The translations under genes and the position numbers were made by a program. The notes under the pieces are model-generated. The model was given only the letters and a program-made list of their open reading frames with translations. It did not search any database and had not been told where the DNA came from. DNA of 64,000 bases from Candidatus Kaiserbacteria bacterium. Lineage in GTDB: Bacteria; Patescibacteriota; Minisyncoccia; Phycocordibacterales; UBA2100. Below are positions 16,669 through 26,341 of this stretch, one piece after another (within the stretch, counting starts at the first letter, position 1; each line of letters opens with the position of its first letter). The DNA is taken from contig CP066682.1 in the NCBI GenBank assembly GCA_016432285.1, forward strand, positions 288,933 through 352,932. Direction: 5' to 3'.

Positions 16669-18186
16669 ATGAGCAAGCAATACTTTTATATCGCGGTCGC
16701 AGTAGCGCTTCTTGGCGGGGGATTTGCCGCGTTTAGTTATCTGCCCTCGCTCTCGACACCTCGCTCCGAAGTTTCGCAAATCGTGGAACTTCAAGACGGC
16801 GATTCGTATGATCTCACGGCGGGATTCGTGCAAAAGGAGATCGACGGCAAGACGTATCGCTTGCTCGCATACAACGGCTCGATCCCGGGGCCCCTTCTCA
16901 AGATCCCGCAGGGCGCAGAGGTAACGATCAATTTCAAAAATGGCACCGACATGAAAACGCTCCTGCACTCGCATGGCGTCCGCATGGAAAATGCCTTCGA
17001 CGGCTCTCAAACCACGCAGGAGGAAATGGAGCCGGGAGAAAGTTTCGCGTACACACTGAAATTCCCCGACGCCGGTTTCTTTTGGTATCACCCACACGTG
17101 CGTGAGGATTATCAGCAGGAGCTGGGGCTCTACGGCGGCTACCTTGTCGTGCCGAGCGAGGAAGGGTACTGGTCGCCGGTGAATCGGGAGATCCCGATCT
17201 TTCTCGACGACATTCTGATCGAGAACGGGAAGATCAATCTCAATAAAGAAGGCGCCGACAAAACGCTCATGGGCCGCTTCGGCAACGTGATGCTCGTCAA
17301 TGGGGAAACGGATTACAGTCTCAACGTGAAAAAGGGAGAGGTGATCCGCTTGTATGTAACCAATTCGGCGAACACCCGCACCTTCAATTTCGCGATCGAG
17401 GGCGCGCGCATGAAACTCGTCGGTGCCGACAGTGGAGCCTACGAGAAGGATACGTGGATCGATTCGGTGATCCTCGGGCCTTCTGAGCGCGGGATCGTGG
17501 AGGTCCAGTTTCAGGGCGCCGGCACGTACGTCGTCCAGAACAAAACGCCGGAGCGCACCTACGCCCTCGGCAGCGTGCGCGTTGCCGAGGAGGCGGTGGA
17601 GGAATCGTACGCGGCCAGTTTCGCAAACCTCGCGACGCACGCGCAAACGATCGCGAGTATCGATCCGTTTCGCGCGTACTTCGACGACCCGCCTCAAAAA
17701 CGCCTCGCGCTCACCGTCGACATGAACATGGGCAGCATGAACATGCAGGGTATGTCGATGATGGATGGTTCGACTTCGCTCACCACAAACGGAATCGAGT
17801 GGGAGGAAGGGGAGAGCGCCATGATGAACGCGATGTCAGGCGGCTCGGTCAGGTGGAACATCGTGGACCAAGAGAGCGGCAAAAAGAACATGGATATCGA
17901 CTGGGCTTTCGCGCGAGGGGAGCCGGTCAAAATCCGTATCTTCAATGACCCGACGCAGGCTCACCCCATGCAGCACCCCATCCACTTCCACGGCCAGCGC
18001 TTTCTTATTGTGAACAAAAACGGACAGCCGAATGACAATCTCGTGTGGAAAGACACCGTTTTAATCCCTGCGGGGCAATACGTTGACATCCTCCTCGATA
18101 CTTCGAATCCGGGCACCTGGATGGCGCACTGCCACATCGCCGAGCACCTCGAGGCTGGTATGATGATGAAGTTCACTGTCGAGTAA
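16669..18186 (+). CDS. multicopper oxidase (CueO/CopA-like)
   Basis: Cu-site motifs HSHG, HPHV, HFHG and HCHIAEHLEAGMM. Met-rich insert MNMGSMNMQGMSMMDG. N-terminal TM. Confidence 0.85.
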   Translation: MSKQYFYIAVAVALLGGGFAAFSYLPSLSTPRSEVSQIVELQDGDSYDLTAGFVQKEIDGKTYRLLAYNGSIPGPLLKIPQGAEVTINFKNGTDMKTLLHSHGVRMENAFDGSQTTQEEMEPGESFAYTLKFPDAGFFWYHPHVREDYQQELGLYGGYLVVPSEEGYWSPVNREIPIFLDDILIENGKINLNKEGADKTLMGRFGNVMLVNGETDYSLNVKKGEVIRLYVTNSANTRTFNFAIEGARMKLVGADSGAYEKDTWIDSVILGPSERGIVEVQFQGAGTYVVQNKTPERTYALGSVRVAEEAVEESYAASFANLATHAQTIASIDPFRAYFDDPPQKRLALTVDMNMGSMNMQGMSMMDGSTSLTTNGIEWEEGESAMMNAMSGGSVRWNIVDQESGKKNMDIDWAFARGEPVKIRIFNDPTQAHPMQHPIHFHGQRFLIVNKNGQPNDNLVWKDTVLIPAGQYVDILLDTSNPGTWMAHCHIAEHLEAGMMMKFTVE

Positions 18187-18227
18187 CGCTCTGTAATATG
18201 TCACTTCCTCGCGCGTCGAAATAGGGT

Positions 18228-18710
18228 ATGTCAAAGACTGTACTCGCTTTGGGAGGAGCACTCGTCGTGCTCGCTGCGCTCTGGTATCTCTATGCGGCCA
18301 CTCCGGGTCCTGAAAATACGAATACATCCGGCACCAGCTCCGGCCTTCTTGCGGAAGAGAACGCGATCGTCATCGGTGAGCAGCGCCCCGGCACGAGCGT
18401 GCGCGGCTCGATTGTCTACCTTGCGGCCCCTGGCTTTTTCGTCATCCATGAGGATCAGAGTGGGCAGGTGGGAGCGATGCTTGGTGCGAGCGCACTTCTT
18501 CCCGCCGGCGAGAATCGCGATGTTGCCGTGAATCTTTCACGCACTTCGCGCGACGGCGAGACGCTGCGCGCCGTGCTCCACTCCGATACCAACGGCAATG
18601 GGCTCTTCGACGAGGCCGATCAGCCCGTGGAGAGCCGCCTCGGCGGCCCGATCAACGGCTGGTTTGAGATCTCCTCCGAGGCGAGCACTGATACGCCCGT
18701 GAGCATCTAA
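18228..18710 (+). CDS. secreted hypothetical protein
   Basis: 160 aa with an N-terminal TM. Confidence 0.5.
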   Translation: MSKTVLALGGALVVLAALWYLYAATPGPENTNTSGTSSGLLAEENAIVIGEQRPGTSVRGSIVYLAAPGFFVIHEDQSGQVGAMLGASALLPAGENRDVAVNLSRTSRDGETLRAVLHSDTNGNGLFDEADQPVESRLGGPINGWFEISSEASTDTPVSI

Positions 18711-18763
18711 ATGCTGCATCGATCGCGCTTGTGAAAAGAGCCGCGTAGTAGTACGATTTTTAT

Positions 18764-19147
18764 ATGAGATACGTCGCGATAGCGATCGTCATCGCCTTCC
18801 TCTCCATCGGCACCTTTGGGTTTGCAATCCTCGAGCACGAGGTGGGAGTCCACGAATCAGGCTGCGTCGCCGCGTCAATCAGCGAGGCACCATGCCCGAG
18901 CGAGCTCTTCGCGTCGGCTCTGTACCACATTTCCACGCTCACCGCCTTTAGCACCGTACCGCTCTCCCTCCCGCTTTTGCTTTTCATCGCCCTCGCGCTT
19001 ATCGCGCTTGTGCACACGAAGGGAATCGAACTCCCGCGTCTCCGCCCGCTTTTTTCAAGACGCACAGTTACTGACGACCAACCGCGACCATCGAGAAGCG
19101 CACTGCGCTCGCTCGCGCTTTTGGAGCACAGCCCTACTTTCGCGTAA
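18764..19147 (+). CDS. small membrane protein
   Basis: 127 aa, 2 TM, Cys pair in the loop. Confidence 0.4.
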   Translation: MRYVAIAIVIAFLSIGTFGFAILEHEVGVHESGCVAASISEAPCPSELFASALYHISTLTAFSTVPLSLPLLLFIALALIALVHTKGIELPRLRPLFSRRTVTDDQPRPSRSALRSLALLEHSPTFA

Positions 19148-19256
19148 GCCGCACGCCCTTTGACTCGGGATGCGGCAGGACGCCCGCGCGAAGCGGAGCG
19201 TTTTTGTGCAGCAGAGAATTACTTCCACTCACTATTCGCATCTACTTCACATCTCT

Positions 19257-19754
19257 ATGGATCTCAAAACTATCGCAATCAGTGCCGCGCTCATCGCAGG
19301 GATAGGCGCGCTCCTCTTTTGGGGTCGCGCAAGCGGCACGTCGGCGGCCCCCCAGGGAGGCGCGCAAAGCCCGCTCACGGCTTCGGAATTACAGTACGAC
19401 TTCGGAACGATCTCGATGAAAGACGGCCTCGTGAGCCGCACGTTCACGATTAGGAACGGGAGCGATGCCGAGGTTGTGCTCTCCGACATCTCCACCTCCT
19501 GCATGTGCACAAACGCGTATCTTCTCGCAGGTGACGGCGTAAAGAAGGGGCCGTTTGGCATGCCGGGGCACGGCGCCCCCTCGTCGAAGGTCGGCGAGCG
19601 CATTCCCTCGGGTGAGAGCCGCAGCCTCGAAGTGGTGTACGACCCCAACGCGCACGGACCCGCGGGCGTTGGATCAATCGACCGCTTTATCTATCTCGCT
19701 GACGAAACGGGCGGGCAGCTCACGCTTGAGATTAAGGCCAACGTAACGCCGTAG
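19257..19754 (+). CDS. DUF1573-domain membrane-anchored protein
   Basis: Start moved to MDLKT. The CMCT motif and beta-sandwich pattern match DUF1573. Confidence 0.55.
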   Translation: MDLKTIAISAALIAGIGALLFWGRASGTSAAPQGGAQSPLTASELQYDFGTISMKDGLVSRTFTIRNGSDAEVVLSDISTSCMCTNAYLLAGDGVKKGPFGMPGHGAPSSKVGERIPSGESRSLEVVYDPNAHGPAGVGSIDRFIYLADETGGQLTLEIKANVTP

Positions 19755-19755
19755 T

Positions 19756-20538
19756 ATGCGGCGACTCTTTATCGGCGGGAGCTCTCTTGTCCTCGCGCTT
19801 GCCGCGATCATCGCCCTGAAGTTCGCACCCGGCACGTCGAACATGCTCTGGGAGATCTCCGGTGGCGGGACATGGCTTTTGCCGCTCGTCGGCGTGTCGG
19901 CGGTACTCGATAGCGTGCACCCGTGCTCGTTCTCGATACTCCTCATCACGATCGCGCTCCTCTTCGGACTTCAGCTGTCACGCGGGAGGATTCTTGCGGT
20001 CGGCGGCGTGTACATCTTCGGTATCTTCCTGGCGTACCTCGCGATCGGCGTCGGCGCGCTCCAGGTGTTCCACCTCTTCAACGTGCCGCACTTCATGGGC
20101 AAGCTCGGCGCGATCGTACTCATCCTCTTCGGTATCGTGAATCTTCTGGGGGCAATCTTCCCGTCGTTTCCGCTGAGGTTGAAGTTGCCATCCGCTTCCC
20201 ACGCGGCGATGAGTACCCTCTTAGAAAAGGCGACGATTCCGGCAGCCTTTGTCTTGGGGCTCCTCGTCGGCGTGTGCCAGCTCCCGTGCCTCGGCGGCCC
20301 GTACCTCATGGTGATCGGGCTCTTGCATGACCAGGTAACCTACCTTCGGGGCCTTCTCTATCTTCTGCTCTACAACGTCATCCTCATTCTGCCGCTTGCG
20401 GCAGTGCTGTGGTTTGCCGCCGACAAGACGATCGTCGACCGGGCGCAGCAGTGGAAAAAGACGAATCTTCGTGCGGTGCGGCTCTGGGCCGGGATTGCAA
20501 TGGTAGCGCTTGGTATTATTGTTCTCGTTAGTCTCTAA
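19756..20538 (+). CDS. CcdA/DsbD_2-like transmembrane protein (second copy)
   Basis: HPCSFSIL in TM1 and CQLPCLGGP later. 6-7 TM. Confidence 0.6.
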   Translation: MRRLFIGGSSLVLALAAIIALKFAPGTSNMLWEISGGGTWLLPLVGVSAVLDSVHPCSFSILLITIALLFGLQLSRGRILAVGGVYIFGIFLAYLAIGVGALQVFHLFNVPHFMGKLGAIVLILFGIVNLLGAIFPSFPLRLKLPSASHAAMSTLLEKATIPAAFVLGLLVGVCQLPCLGGPYLMVIGLLHDQVTYLRGLLYLLLYNVILILPLAAVLWFAADKTIVDRAQQWKKTNLRAVRLWAGIAMVALGIIVLVSL

Positions 20539-20545
20539 CTATCGT

Positions 20546-20710
20546 ATGATCGGGAAACAGTTCAAATGGGGGGATCTGATCGCACGGATTGCGCGCTTCT
20601 TGCGGATTCCGCACTGCGACGAGTGCGAGCGGCGTCGGGTGATTCTCAACGACCTACAGGCGGCGGGCGTGAAAGAAACATTGAGAAAATTAAAAGATTG
20701 TTGCAACTAA
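20546..20710 (+). CDS. small Cys-containing protein (HCDEC...DCCN)
   Basis: 54 aa. Ends 2 nt before the next gene. Confidence 0.3.
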   Translation: MIGKQFKWGDLIARIARFLRIPHCDECERRRVILNDLQAAGVKETLRKLKDCCN

Positions 20711-20711
20711 C

Positions 20712-21593
20712 ATGATTACACAGACACTCGATACGCTTACATCGCGATTCGCCGTGCCTATCCTGATTACCTTTCTCGGCCTTGGTGCGCTCACGCTCCA
20801 AGGGGCGAGCGCCGGTATACAGGCTGCCTCGGTCCAACCGGATTACACGGCGCTCGCGGACGAGGTATCTCCAGCAAACGGCGTGGAACTGCCCGTCGTG
20901 TGGGGCGATCTTGGAAAAAAACTCGTCGAACGGGGCGTGATCGATCGGGAGAAGTGGACCGAGATCTACCGTTCGCTTTCGGCGGAAGAAGCGCGCCTCA
21001 TCGACGGCAATAGTCCGGAGAAGCTGCGGATCACGCGCGAGAATGCAGCGTACCTCCTCAATCTCTTCTGGGCCCTCGGGCTTGGCAACCAAAATCCGAT
21101 CCTCCAGGACGAGGCGGGGATGGAAAATCCGGAGTACGGCGGCGCGGGCTACTTCGCGTCGACGGGCGGCTGGAGCCTCGCCAAGGGCGAAGCCATGGAG
21201 CACTACGGCAAGTACGCGCTCGCGCCTCTCACGGGGGAACAGCAAGCGCTCGTGAAGAAAATCTCAGACGGCATCTATCGCCCATGCTGCGACAATCCGA
21301 CGAGCTTCCCAGACTGCAATCACGGTATGGCGATGCTCGGGCTCTTGGAGCTCCTTGCCTATCAGGGTGCGAACGAGGAGGAGATGTGGGACGCGGCGCT
21401 CGCTGCCAATTCGTACTGGTTCCCCGATACATATCAGATCATCGCACTCTCCATGAAGCAGCGGGGCGTCGCGTGGAGCGATGTCTCGCCGCAGGAGGTG
21501 CTCGGCAAAGAGTACTCAAGCTACACGGGTTTCAGCCGCATCGCGGCCGCTGTCGCGCCGAGCGCTGGGAGCGGTGCTTCCTGCAGCGTCTAG
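20712..21593 (+). CDS. exported hypothetical protein with PCCDN...PDCNHG motif
   Basis: 293 aa with an N-terminal TM or signal. Confidence 0.55.
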   Translation: MITQTLDTLTSRFAVPILITFLGLGALTLQGASAGIQAASVQPDYTALADEVSPANGVELPVVWGDLGKKLVERGVIDREKWTEIYRSLSAEEARLIDGNSPEKLRITRENAAYLLNLFWALGLGNQNPILQDEAGMENPEYGGAGYFASTGGWSLAKGEAMEHYGKYALAPLTGEQQALVKKISDGIYRPCCDNPTSFPDCNHGMAMLGLLELLAYQGANEEEMWDAALAANSYWFPDTYQIIALSMKQRGVAWSDVSPQEVLGKEYSSYTGFSRIAAAVAPSAGSGASCSV

Positions 21594-21629
21594 AAACAGG
21601 TACACTAACAACCAATCAAACATCCATCC

Positions 21630-22058
21630 ATGAAACTATTCTTTGTCGGCGTTCTCGCGTTTATCGCCCTCGCGGTGGCGAGCATCTTCCTCTTGCCGAA
21701 GCCGGACGGAAGCAACCTTTCGCAGGATCCAGATATTCTGGCGACCAACGGTATGCACTGGCATCCGCAGCTTTCGATCTTCGTAAAGGGCGAGCAGATC
21801 GAAATACCGCAAAACATCGGCATCGGCAGCGTGCACCAGACGATGCACACGCACGACGACCTACCGCTGCTGCATCTCGAATTTCCGGCACTCGTACGGC
21901 AGGCCGACGCGACGCTCGGCCGCTTCTTCTCGATCTGGGGCAAGGACATGAGAAGCCTCGGAGCGAACATGCGCATGACCGTGAACGGGCAGGTGAGCAC
22001 CGAGTACGAAAACTACGTGATGCACGACGGCGATAAGATTGAGCTGCATTACGATTAG
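21630..22058 (+). CDS. exported hypothetical protein (His-rich HWHP...HTHDD)
   Basis: 142 aa with a signal/TM. Confidence 0.5.
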   Translation: MKLFFVGVLAFIALAVASIFLLPKPDGSNLSQDPDILATNGMHWHPQLSIFVKGEQIEIPQNIGIGSVHQTMHTHDDLPLLHLEFPALVRQADATLGRFFSIWGKDMRSLGANMRMTVNGQVSTEYENYVMHDGDKIELHYD

Positions 22059-22164
22059 CGCTTGGGGACAAGCCCGCGAAAACATGAGCGAGTGCGCTAC
22101 ACTTATCGGTACATAATTGCGCAATTATGAAATTATCCATGTCCATTCTGTGCCCATCTCCCGT

Positions 22165-23406
22165 ATGAACTGGATTACCGACGTCTGGTCGCTCCTCTAT
22201 TACCTCATCGTGCAGGGCTTCGGGCTCGTGCTTGCGGGCGCGGCTGCGGTGGTCTTTCTCTTCATCGTGTTGCGGCGCCACCATTCCCTCAAAGTCACGC
22301 TCCTCCTCGGCGCCTTCTTCGTAGGATCGATGCTCTTCTTTTGGTTTCCGGTGGGCGTGCCGCAAAACCTCCAGTATCCCTTCGGGCTCACGACCTACGG
22401 CCCCGCGGAGGGCCCCGCGCTTCCCTTAAAGAACATCTTTCGCTTCTTCGCGAACCTCGGCAATTTCGAGCGTGTCGCGGATATTTCGCGCGATCCGCAA
22501 GATGTGCCGAAGGAAATCGTCAGGAACGAAAAAGGAGAAGTAGAAATCAATATCCTCGCCAAAGAAGTACTCTCCGAGATCGCGCCCGGAGTCGTGGTCA
22601 ACTATTGGACCTTCGACGGCACCGTGCCGGGACCTTTCTTGCGAGTGCGGGAAGGGGACACCGTCGTGTTGACGCTGCGGAACGACCCCTCGAGTCTCCA
22701 CATGCACTCGATTGATTTGCATGCGGTGACGGGCCCCGGCGGCGGCGCGGTGGCGACCGACGTGGAGCCAGGTGAGGAGAAGACACTCCGCTTCAAGGCC
22801 TTGAATCCCGGACTCTACGTGTACCACTGCGCGCACCCCAATGTCGCCAACCACATGGCGCACGGCATGTACGGCCTCATTCTCGTGGAGCCAAAAGGAG
22901 GCTTGCCGCCGGTGGATCGAGAGCTCTACGTCATGCAGGGAGAGATGTACACGGCCGCGCCGCGCGGCACGAAGGGCTTGCAAGTGATCGACGCCACCAA
23001 GATGCTTTCGGGCAATCCCGAGTACATCTTCTTCAACGGCCGCGTCGGCGCGATCTCGAAGGACGAGCTCTCGGTGCAGCAAGGGGAGAAGGTGCGCATG
23101 TACGTCGGCAACGGCGGCGTAAATCTCATCTCGAGCTTCCACCTCATCGGCGAGATATTCGACACCGTCTATCCGGAGGCGCAGATGGGTGGCGCCACCT
23201 TCAAGAACGTACAGACGACACTCGTACCCGCAGGCGGAGCGGCGATCACCGAGTTTACCGCCGACGTGCCGGGAGGTTACGTCCTTGTCGATCACGCGCT
23301 TGCGCGGATCGATAAGGGTGCGTGGGGCACGCTGAAAGTGGAAGGCGAAGCGCGACCGGATCTCTTCGACGGCGACCTTTCGGGGGCCGAGCACAGCGGC
23401 CACTAA
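22165..23406 (+). CDS. copper-containing nitrite reductase-like (NirK family), membrane-anchored
   Basis: HMHSIDLHAVTGPGGGA and YVYHCAHPNVANHMAHGMYGLILVEP match type 1 / type 2 Cu ligands. N-terminal TM helices. The ORF could begin at 22117. Confidence 0.7.
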   Translation: MNWITDVWSLLYYLIVQGFGLVLAGAAAVVFLFIVLRRHHSLKVTLLLGAFFVGSMLFFWFPVGVPQNLQYPFGLTTYGPAEGPALPLKNIFRFFANLGNFERVADISRDPQDVPKEIVRNEKGEVEINILAKEVLSEIAPGVVVNYWTFDGTVPGPFLRVREGDTVVLTLRNDPSSLHMHSIDLHAVTGPGGGAVATDVEPGEEKTLRFKALNPGLYVYHCAHPNVANHMAHGMYGLILVEPKGGLPPVDRELYVMQGEMYTAAPRGTKGLQVIDATKMLSGNPEYIFFNGRVGAISKDELSVQQGEKVRMYVGNGGVNLISSFHLIGEIFDTVYPEAQMGGATFKNVQTTLVPAGGAAITEFTADVPGGYVLVDHALARIDKGAWGTLKVEGEARPDLFDGDLSGAEHSGH

Positions 23407-23411
23407 AGAAT

Positions 23412-23436
23412 CAAAAAGCGGCGCGCCGCTTTCTCG
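23412..23436 (+). terminator. rho-independent terminator
   Basis: AAAAAGCGGCGCGCCGCTTTCTC hairpin followed by a T-run, directly after the NirK stop. Confidence 0.6.
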
Positions 23437-23528
23437 ATTGGAAACGCTGAGCTGATGGATCGCGGTCCGAGGTATCATCGGCGATCTCGACTAATGAAAT
23501 TTAAAAAGATCCTGCTATACTTCTCCAA

Positions 23529-25082
23529 ATGCCATCGCCAGCCTCCATCATCGCAACGATCCGACAGCGGCCTTTTTTTTATGGGGCGATAGCCGTGGCA
23601 GTACTTGCCGTGGCCTTCTTTCTCTCGGGCGGCAAAAAAGAAGATCCGGAGGTGCTCACCGCCACGCGCGGGAACTTCGTGCAGGAAGTGAGCGTCTCGG
23701 GCACCGTGATAGCCGCTGAAGACGTCGAGCTCGGCTTTACGCAGGGTGGTCGCGTCGCGGCCGTGCGCGCAAAGGTGGGCGATCAAGTAGGGGCGGGTGC
23801 CACCCTCGCATACCTTGAAAACGGCGACCTTGCTGCCGCCGTCGCGCAGCGGAATGCGGCACTCGAAAAGGAGCGCGCCAAGCTCGCGCAGCTCCAGTCC
23901 GGCACGCGACCCGAAGAGGTCGCGATCAAACAGGCGGCAGTCACCGAGGCGCGCGTCTCGCTCGATCGGGCCAACGAGGCGCTGATCGACTCGATCCTCG
24001 ACGCGTACACGACCGCGGACGACGCCGTGAGCAACACGGTCGACCAGTTCATCAACAATCCGCGCTCCAACCCGCAGCTCGAGTTTTCCGTAGCCGACAC
24101 GAAGTGGGAGAGCGCGCTCGAAACAAAGCGACCCTCCGTCGAGACCATGCTGGTAAGCTGGCAGAGCGAAGTGAACGCGCTGAGCCCGACTGCCGATCTC
24201 ACCGCGGCCGTCTCGAAGGCGCGCGCCAATCTCTCGACCATTTCAGATTTCCTTATTGAAGCCAACGGAGCTTTGAATTCCGGCATCACAACGCTCACCT
24301 TTACCGAAAGCGTGCGCGACGGCTACATCGCCGACGTCGGCGGAGCGCGCTCCAGCGTCAACGCCGCATCTTCGGCGCTCACCTCTGCCGTGACCGTGCA
24401 GAAAAACGCCCAGGCGTCGCTCGATACTGCCAACAGGAACCTCACGCTCTCGGAGGCCGGTTCCGAAAACGCTGACATACAAGCACAAGCAGCCGTCGTG
24501 AAGGCAGCCGAGGCCGACGTGCAGAGCGCACAGGCCCAGCTGCAAAAAACGATCATTGTCGCTCCTTTTAGCGGCATCGTAACGCGCGTCGACATCAAGC
24601 GCGGCGAGATCGCGTCGGCAAACGCCTCTCCCATCGCCATGATCGGCAACGGCGCGTACCAGATCGAGAGCTTCATCCCCGAGGTCAATATCGCGCGCAT
24701 CGAACTACGGGATTCGGCGATGGTAACGCTCGACGCATACGGCGATGAGGAGGAGTTTGTCGCTACGGTAGTGTCGATCGATCCGGCGGAAACGGTACGC
24801 GACGGCGTCTCTACCTACCGCGCGCTCCTCCAGTTCGATGCGACCGACACGCGCATCCGCACCGGCATGACCGCCAACGTGCGAATCACGACCGAAGAGA
24901 AGAGCGATGTCGTGAGCGTTCCGCAGGGAGTCGTGATCGCTCGGGAAGGCAAAAAATACGTCAAAGTACAATCGGGCAAGGATGTCGTCGAACGGGAAGT
25001 GACGACCGGCTCCACCGCGAGCTCCGGCAACATCGAAATACTGACGGGCCTTCAGGGAGGAGAGATCCTCGTGCTTCCGTAG
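23529..25082 (+). CDS. periplasmic adaptor (HlyD/MacA-like membrane fusion protein)
   Basis: N-terminal TM, long coiled-coil, C-terminal beta domains. Directly upstream of the FtsX/ABC pair. Confidence 0.75.
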   Translation: MPSPASIIATIRQRPFFYGAIAVAVLAVAFFLSGGKKEDPEVLTATRGNFVQEVSVSGTVIAAEDVELGFTQGGRVAAVRAKVGDQVGAGATLAYLENGDLAAAVAQRNAALEKERAKLAQLQSGTRPEEVAIKQAAVTEARVSLDRANEALIDSILDAYTTADDAVSNTVDQFINNPRSNPQLEFSVADTKWESALETKRPSVETMLVSWQSEVNALSPTADLTAAVSKARANLSTISDFLIEANGALNSGITTLTFTESVRDGYIADVGGARSSVNAASSALTSAVTVQKNAQASLDTANRNLTLSEAGSENADIQAQAAVVKAAEADVQSAQAQLQKTIIVAPFSGIVTRVDIKRGEIASANASPIAMIGNGAYQIESFIPEVNIARIELRDSAMVTLDAYGDEEEFVATVVSIDPAETVRDGVSTYRALLQFDATDTRIRTGMTANVRITTEEKSDVVSVPQGVVIAREGKKYVKVQSGKDVVEREVTTGSTASSGNIEILTGLQGGEILVLP

Positions 25083-25085
25083 GGC

Positions 25086-26339
25086 ATGTTTTCACCCCTC
25101 AATATCCGGATCGGCTTCTACCTCGCCTTGCGGGCGCTGCGGCGTGCCTCGCTCTGGACCACCGGTCTCATTGTCTTCGTGATGGTGCTCACGTTTTTGA
25201 ACCTCGTGGTGATCTCCGGCATTCTCGTGGGCCTTTTGCAGGGAGCCGTCGATGCCGTGCGCACGCGCTACACGAGCGACGTGATCATCTCCACGCTGAG
25301 CGATAAGAAATATATCGAAAACAGCCCCAACCTCATCGAGCTCGCCCGCAACCTCGAGGGCGTCGAGGCGCTGACCCCGCGTTATCGCGAGTCGGCCTCG
25401 CTCGAAGCCAACTACCGCACTCGCAAAGAATCCGACAAGGCCAACATCGCGCCGGCGCAGATCATCGGTATCGATCCCGCAAGTGAAGACGAAGTCACGG
25501 GGCTCTCGGAAGATCTGATCGAGGGGGAATTTCTCGTGCCGGGTGATTACGACAAGATCGTGCTCGGCAACTACCTCCTCAAGCAGTACATGGTGATCGA
25601 AACCCCCGGCCTCGCGACTCTGGAGAACGTCGGGATCGGCACGAAGATCCGCATCCACGTGGGGGACGTCACGCGCGAGGTGGAGGTGAAAGGGATTCTC
25701 AAGAGCAAGGTCGACGAGATCGCGCTCCGTGCCTTCATGGTGGACTCGCAGTTCCGGAGCATGATCGGTCGCAACGACGGCAACGTCGACGAAATCTCGA
25801 TCAAGGTGGAGGAAGATGTTGACCCGGCAGAAGTGCGCGACGCGCTTTTGCTGCGGGGAGCCGGCAACGACGCGCGCGTCCAGACGTACGAGGATGCGCA
25901 GCCGCAGGCGTTCAAGGACATCATCGCGACCTTCAGTATGCTCGGGACTATGTTCTCGTCGATCGGCCTCGTGGTCGCCTCGGTTACGATCTTCATCGTG
26001 ATTTTCATCAACGCGATCACGCGGCGCAAGTACATCGGCATCTTGAAAGGCATCGGCATTCACGGAAAGGTGATCGAGCTCTCGTACGTCTTCCAGTCGA
26101 TCTTCTATGCGGTGCTCGGCTCAGCGGTCGGGCTTGCGCTCGTGTACGGCTTCCTCGTTCCGTATTTCGCCAATAATCCGATCGACTTTCCCTTCAGCGA
26201 CGGCATCCTTGTGGCGCCCATCAACCAGACTTTCTTCCGGGTAGGCCTTCTCATCGTCTCCACGGTCATCGCCGGTTACATTCCCGCGTGGATGATCGTG
26301 CGGCGCAACACGCTCGACTCGATACTCGGTCGCAACTAG
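25086..26339 (+). CDS. ABC transporter permease, FtsX/MacB-like
   Basis: 417 aa with N-terminal TM, a large extracytoplasmic domain and 3 C-terminal TM. Confidence 0.8.
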   Translation: MFSPLNIRIGFYLALRALRRASLWTTGLIVFVMVLTFLNLVVISGILVGLLQGAVDAVRTRYTSDVIISTLSDKKYIENSPNLIELARNLEGVEALTPRYRESASLEANYRTRKESDKANIAPAQIIGIDPASEDEVTGLSEDLIEGEFLVPGDYDKIVLGNYLLKQYMVIETPGLATLENVGIGTKIRIHVGDVTREVEVKGILKSKVDEIALRAFMVDSQFRSMIGRNDGNVDEISIKVEEDVDPAEVRDALLLRGAGNDARVQTYEDAQPQAFKDIIATFSMLGTMFSSIGLVVASVTIFIVIFINAITRRKYIGILKGIGIHGKVIELSYVFQSIFYAVLGSAVGLALVYGFLVPYFANNPIDFPFSDGILVAPINQTFFRVGLLIVSTVIAGYIPAWMIVRRNTLDSILGRN

Positions 26340-26341
26340 CT

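Noticed and set aside
16177-17697. 506-aa minus-strand ORF
   Set aside because: It is antisense to the multicopper oxidase, which has unmistakable Cu-site motifs on the + strand.
22426-23478. 350-aa minus-strand ORF
   Set aside because: It is antisense to the NirK-like gene.
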